Positions 35,030 through 37,640 of a stretch of 37,640 nt of DNA are shown piece after piece. The position numbers were made by a program, and so were the translations under genes. Source of the DNA: Parcubacteria group bacterium (GTDB lineage Bacteria > Patescibacteriota > Minisyncoccia > Phycocordibacterales > Zambryskibacteraceae); the NCBI GenBank assembly GCA_046597175.1, contig JBKJKY010000055.1, positions 1 to 37,640 of the forward strand, in the 5' to 3' direction. Within the stretch, counting starts at the first letter, position 1, and each line of letters begins with the position of its first letter. The notes below the pieces were generated by a model. It saw only the letters and a list, made by a program, of their open reading frames with translations. It was not told where the DNA came from and did no database searches.

Positions 35030-35337
35030 CTCCCTCATACCCTGAGGAGACTGCTGGGCTATGTATCGGAATAAGTTGAGAAATAAGGCTTGGATCTCGG
35101 GACCAACGATATTTCTCAAGATTCTTTGATGTACCGATGAGGTCGCCCGTCATCAAGGGGTCAGATGTTGCGGGCTCTTTTCTTAGGTCAGACGACTTGC
35201 ATCGATACACCAAACGTAAGTCATAGTTTTTACAGAGAATGTACTTGTAGCTCTGTTATTCCGAATTGTTCAGATTCTTATGAACCTGAGAGGAGAGAAG
35301 AACTTCTTCCTTTACACTCCCCTCTCAGACCCATAAG
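35030..35337 (-). ncRNA. Candidate multi-stem structured RNA or origin element
   Basis: At least six inverted repeats, including a 9 bp long-range pair 35066-35074 with 35256-35264. Confidence 0.45.
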
Positions 35338-35340
35338 GGT

Positions 35341-35751
35341 CTAATAACTGCTTAATGCGTCTTCACTTGGCTCAAAGCTAGGCATGGGTGAACCGTCTGA
35401 TGTTCTATCAAGCTTATTTTCTCCTGATAGATGATTGATAACCTGTCCCATTTGAGCTTGGAGCAAACCAAGTTTTGTTAGAATTTGGCTGAGCTCTTTT
35501 GGAGTACTCATTTGATTCTCAGTCTTAGGAAGTACAATGTCGTAATACTTTTTCCCTTCCCAATCTCTCTCTTTCACTTCTGATACTTCGATAGCATCTC
35601 CCTCCTTCCAGTCCTTTGAAACAGGATTTACCCAGAAAGAGAGGTACTTATCTCCGTACTCAGTTGCTTTGAGAGAGTTCTTTTGTTTTGTGCCGAACTT
35701 AGTTTCAATATCCTTTGGAAACCCTACATATGTGATTGTTAGTTTTGTCAT
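35341..35751 (-). CDS. Putative single-stranded DNA-binding protein
   Basis: OB-fold-like N-terminus (ETKFG, WKEGDAIEV), acidic C-terminal tail, follows nuclease. Confidence 0.55.
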   Translation of the reverse strand: MTKLTITYVGFPKDIETKFGTKQKNSLKATEYGDKYLSFWVNPVSKDWKEGDAIEVSEVKERDWEGKKYYDIVLPKTENQMSTPKELSQILTKLGLLQAQMGQVINHLSGENKLDRTSDGSPMPSFEPSEDALSSY

Positions 35752-35753
35752 AA

Positions 35754-36482
35754 TTATTTACTTAATGCTTCTAATTGCTTCATGAGAACGATTGCCGATT
35801 TAAATGCTTGCCAATTTCCTTCTATATCGTAGTTCTCTTGAACGTCGATACCTCCAGTTTTCTTCACATTCACGATCACCACTCCATGAAATCCTTTGTA
35901 CATCCCCATCTCTTCTGCAAACCGAGCATATGCAGAAGCTTGTAAGAAGTATTCGGGATATATACCGGATGATGTCTTTACGTCACCGATGTATAATTTT
36001 CCATCAATCTCACAAATGAAGTCCGCAGTTCCCGCACACCAGAGAGTCTCCGAGTAGAGTCTCTGCTCCGAAGCAAGGAACTTTACATTCTTGTGAAGTG
36101 CCCACTCGACAAACTTTGTTACCTGAGAATCTGAGTCTTTGTATTCTTTCGCTATATAACCGTTAGAATCTTTTATCGCCTCGTTGATTATGTTTTCAAT
36201 CTGAGCGTGAACATCAGTTCCTTTCACTCCTGCATCCTCTTTCTTCTTTTGATGAGCAACTTTTGCTTCTTTGAGAAGTGGTTTTGATACTTGATATATG
36301 TCGCCGATACTTTGAGCGTACTGCTCGATATAATCTGTTACGCATTTTGCAGACCACGGGACCAGAGCTGGTTTGTTTATCACTCTAAGAACGGTAGTTA
36401 CTCCGTACATCCTCTTCCCGTCTAGTGTGTAGACGTGTTCTATCGGATCAAATAGAAACTGTTTAGTGTTAGAAAGGGACAT
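35754..36482 (-). CDS. PD-(D/E)XK nuclease (phage exonuclease, Cas4-like)
   Basis: HVY, GVTTVL, KPALVPW, GTDVH, AGTAD, GDVKTS, LQASAY. Confidence 0.88.
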   Translation of the reverse strand: MSLSNTKQFLFDPIEHVYTLDGKRMYGVTTVLRVINKPALVPWSAKCVTDYIEQYAQSIGDIYQVSKPLLKEAKVAHQKKKEDAGVKGTDVHAQIENIINEAIKDSNGYIAKEYKDSDSQVTKFVEWALHKNVKFLASEQRLYSETLWCAGTADFICEIDGKLYIGDVKTSSGIYPEYFLQASAYARFAEEMGMYKGFHGVVIVNVKKTGGIDVQENYDIEGNWQAFKSAIVLMKQLEALSK

Positions 36483-36675
36483 AGTATTTTTGAAATTCCT
36501 CTGGTAAATACAATTCAGAAGTTATCCAGTCATCTTCCTCATCATGTGACACCATGATGTACTCACCGAGTGCATCTTCCATTACGTCTCCCCCATCCCT
36601 TCCATGCTCTGATAACCACATTTCTCTTCGTTCATGCCTCGTCTCGTTGTAGAAATCGTTTTGGAGTAATGACAT
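36469..36675 (-). CDS. Acidic hypothetical protein
   Basis: 68 aa D/E-rich ORF. Confidence 0.65.
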   Translation of the reverse strand: MSLLQNDFYNETRHERREMWLSEHGRDGGDVMEDALGEYIMVSHDEEDDWITSELYLPEEFQKYYVPF

Positions 36676-36676
36676 G

Positions 36677-36826
36677 TTAGTAAATTGTTAAACCATTAAC
36701 ATTTGCGTATACAAGTCCGACCACAAATCCGATAACAAAGAGAGTCATGATTGTTTTTGTAAACGCATCAATCTCCTCTCCATAAAATTCCACCTCATCG
36801 AACGGCATACCGTTGTTGTTTTTCAT
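36677..36826 (-). CDS. Small membrane protein
   Basis: 49 aa from ATG 36826; TIMTLFVIGFVVGLVYA helix. Confidence 0.6.
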   Translation of the reverse strand: MKNNNGMPFDEVEFYGEEIDAFTKTIMTLFVIGFVVGLVYANVNGLTIY

Positions 36827-36995
36827 AATTGTTTTTTTCTGTTGCACATGCATGTGCTCATTACGAAGACACACACATGCAACAGAACGTAATGATTAAA
36901 ACTGCCTATGTGGCAGTAATCGGGAGAAAAGAATATATTTTGTGCGAGTCGAGATAAGTCGCCTTTGTGTAAATTTTCTCCCTATTACTACCCGC

Positions 36996-37014
36996 AAAAA
37001 AAGTCCCGAAGGAC
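36996..37014 (-). terminator. Intrinsic terminator in early leader
   Basis: GTCC-TTCG-GGAC followed by T7. Confidence 0.75.
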
Positions 37015-37102
37015 CTAGTGATACATTTTTAAATTAATTACATTGTTCGTAGTTCATATATTGTGCGAAGGAGAATATATCTTTTACGACCTTATAATAT
37101 CT

Positions 37103-37124
37103 AAAAAAATGGTCACTTGGACCA
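37103..37124 (-). terminator. Possible intrinsic terminator in early leader
   Basis: TGGTC-CAAGT-GACCA followed by T7. Confidence 0.55.
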
Positions 37125-37172
37125 GGAAACCTTGTTTGCGAGAGTGTCAACGAACTTTCCCCTACTGATACA

Positions 37173-37208
37173 ATCATACCTGTGTGTGGCTTAAAAGTCC
37201 AGCTAATT
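37173..37208 (-). promoter_or_regulatory. Probable early promoter
   Basis: TGGACT (37201-37196), 17 nt, TATGAT (37178-37173); carries the 18 bp element shared with 3288-3305. Confidence 0.7.
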
Positions 37209-37218
37209 ACACTATGAC

Positions 37219-37227
37219 TGTGGATAA
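37219..37227 (-). promoter_or_regulatory. Consensus DnaA box
   Basis: TTATCCACA on the minus strand, 10 nt from the 18 bp element. Confidence 0.5.
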
Positions 37228-37587
37228 CTAAAAAGCATCTATTCTGCTCCTTACAAACAGTTTTGGACGACCAGGGGGAAAATGTTTTACCTTCTTACCT
37301 CCTCTTGCTTGGTAAAACCTCATAATCCTTCTTACTGCTGTCTCAGCTTCTAAAACCATATAGGTGGAGGCGTACTTACTCCTCACATATTCCATGAAGG
37401 AATCGATGTCATCTTTATCTACGTCCCAGATGTCTTTTTTTTGACAGTAACGGGTGAAGAGCTTAATCCAGTCCTCAGAAGAACGTCCTATGGTTTGATT
37501 TCTTTTTCCATACGATACGAATACTGCTACTTGATCGTCAATAATTTTGTGAGTTTTACCATGCAGTATTTCTGAAATGGTAACCAT
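37228..37587 (-). CDS. Stand-alone integrase core-binding (SAM-like) domain protein
   Basis: Helical pattern F..Y...DIWDVDKDDIDSFMEYV...AVRRIMRFY; C-terminal PGRPK; no catalytic domain; start may be 37638. Confidence 0.55.
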   Translation of the reverse strand: MVTISEILHGKTHKIIDDQVAVFVSYGKRNQTIGRSSEDWIKLFTRYCQKKDIWDVDKDDIDSFMEYVRSKYASTYMVLEAETAVRRIMRFYQARGGKKVKHFPPGRPKLFVRSRIDAF

Positions 37588-37640
37588 GCTGTTTCTTACT
37601 TTACAAAGAGGACAAATAATAATCCGAACAAAAATCATTA
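37524..37640. repeat. Terminal direct repeat, right copy
   Basis: Identical to 1-117. Confidence 0.97.

Noticed and set aside
35754-36482. CRISPR-associated Cas4
   Set aside because: No array or other cas genes, no four-Cys cluster motif; context next to an SSB-like gene fits a recombination exonuclease
1-37640. Stop-codon reassignment
   Set aside because: Standard-code ORFs tile the genome densely and TAA, TAG and TGA all end convincing genes

Overview
The window is an apparently complete, circularly assembled tailed-phage genome. Bases 1-117 are repeated exactly at 37524-37640, so the unique length is 37,523 bp. Almost all genes lie on the minus strand. Read in transcription order (high to low coordinates): an early region (PD-(D/E)XK nuclease, SSB-like protein, NUMOD3-HNH, NinG, pentapeptide-repeat protein); small and large terminase, portal, probable scaffold and an N4-gp56-type major capsid protein; an 8-gene sugar-synthesis and transfer cluster (RmlB-type dehydratase, DegT aminotransferase, two SAM methyltransferases, three glycosyltransferases, one small ORF); a podovirus-like adaptor/nozzle/ejection-protein/fibre module interrupted by a two-gene opposite-strand moron; then lysis genes, a Shine-Dalgarno-led micro-gene cassette, an SLT-like muramidase, a DEDD exonuclease and a dNTP diphosphohydrolase. 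I recognise no DNA polymerase, helicase, primase, complete integrase, tRNA or CRISPR array. Several protein styles and the general lack of Shine-Dalgarno motifs suggest a Patescibacteria (CPR) host, which is inference only. The best candidates for new biology are a probable virion-glycosylation pathway placed between capsid and adaptor genes, a muramidase whose signal peptide has no in-frame start codon, a five-gene cassette with uniform GGAG(G/A)-N4-start signals, and an ejection protein ending in an ADP-ribosyltransferase-like domain. All family calls are from motif recognition by eye; no searches were run.
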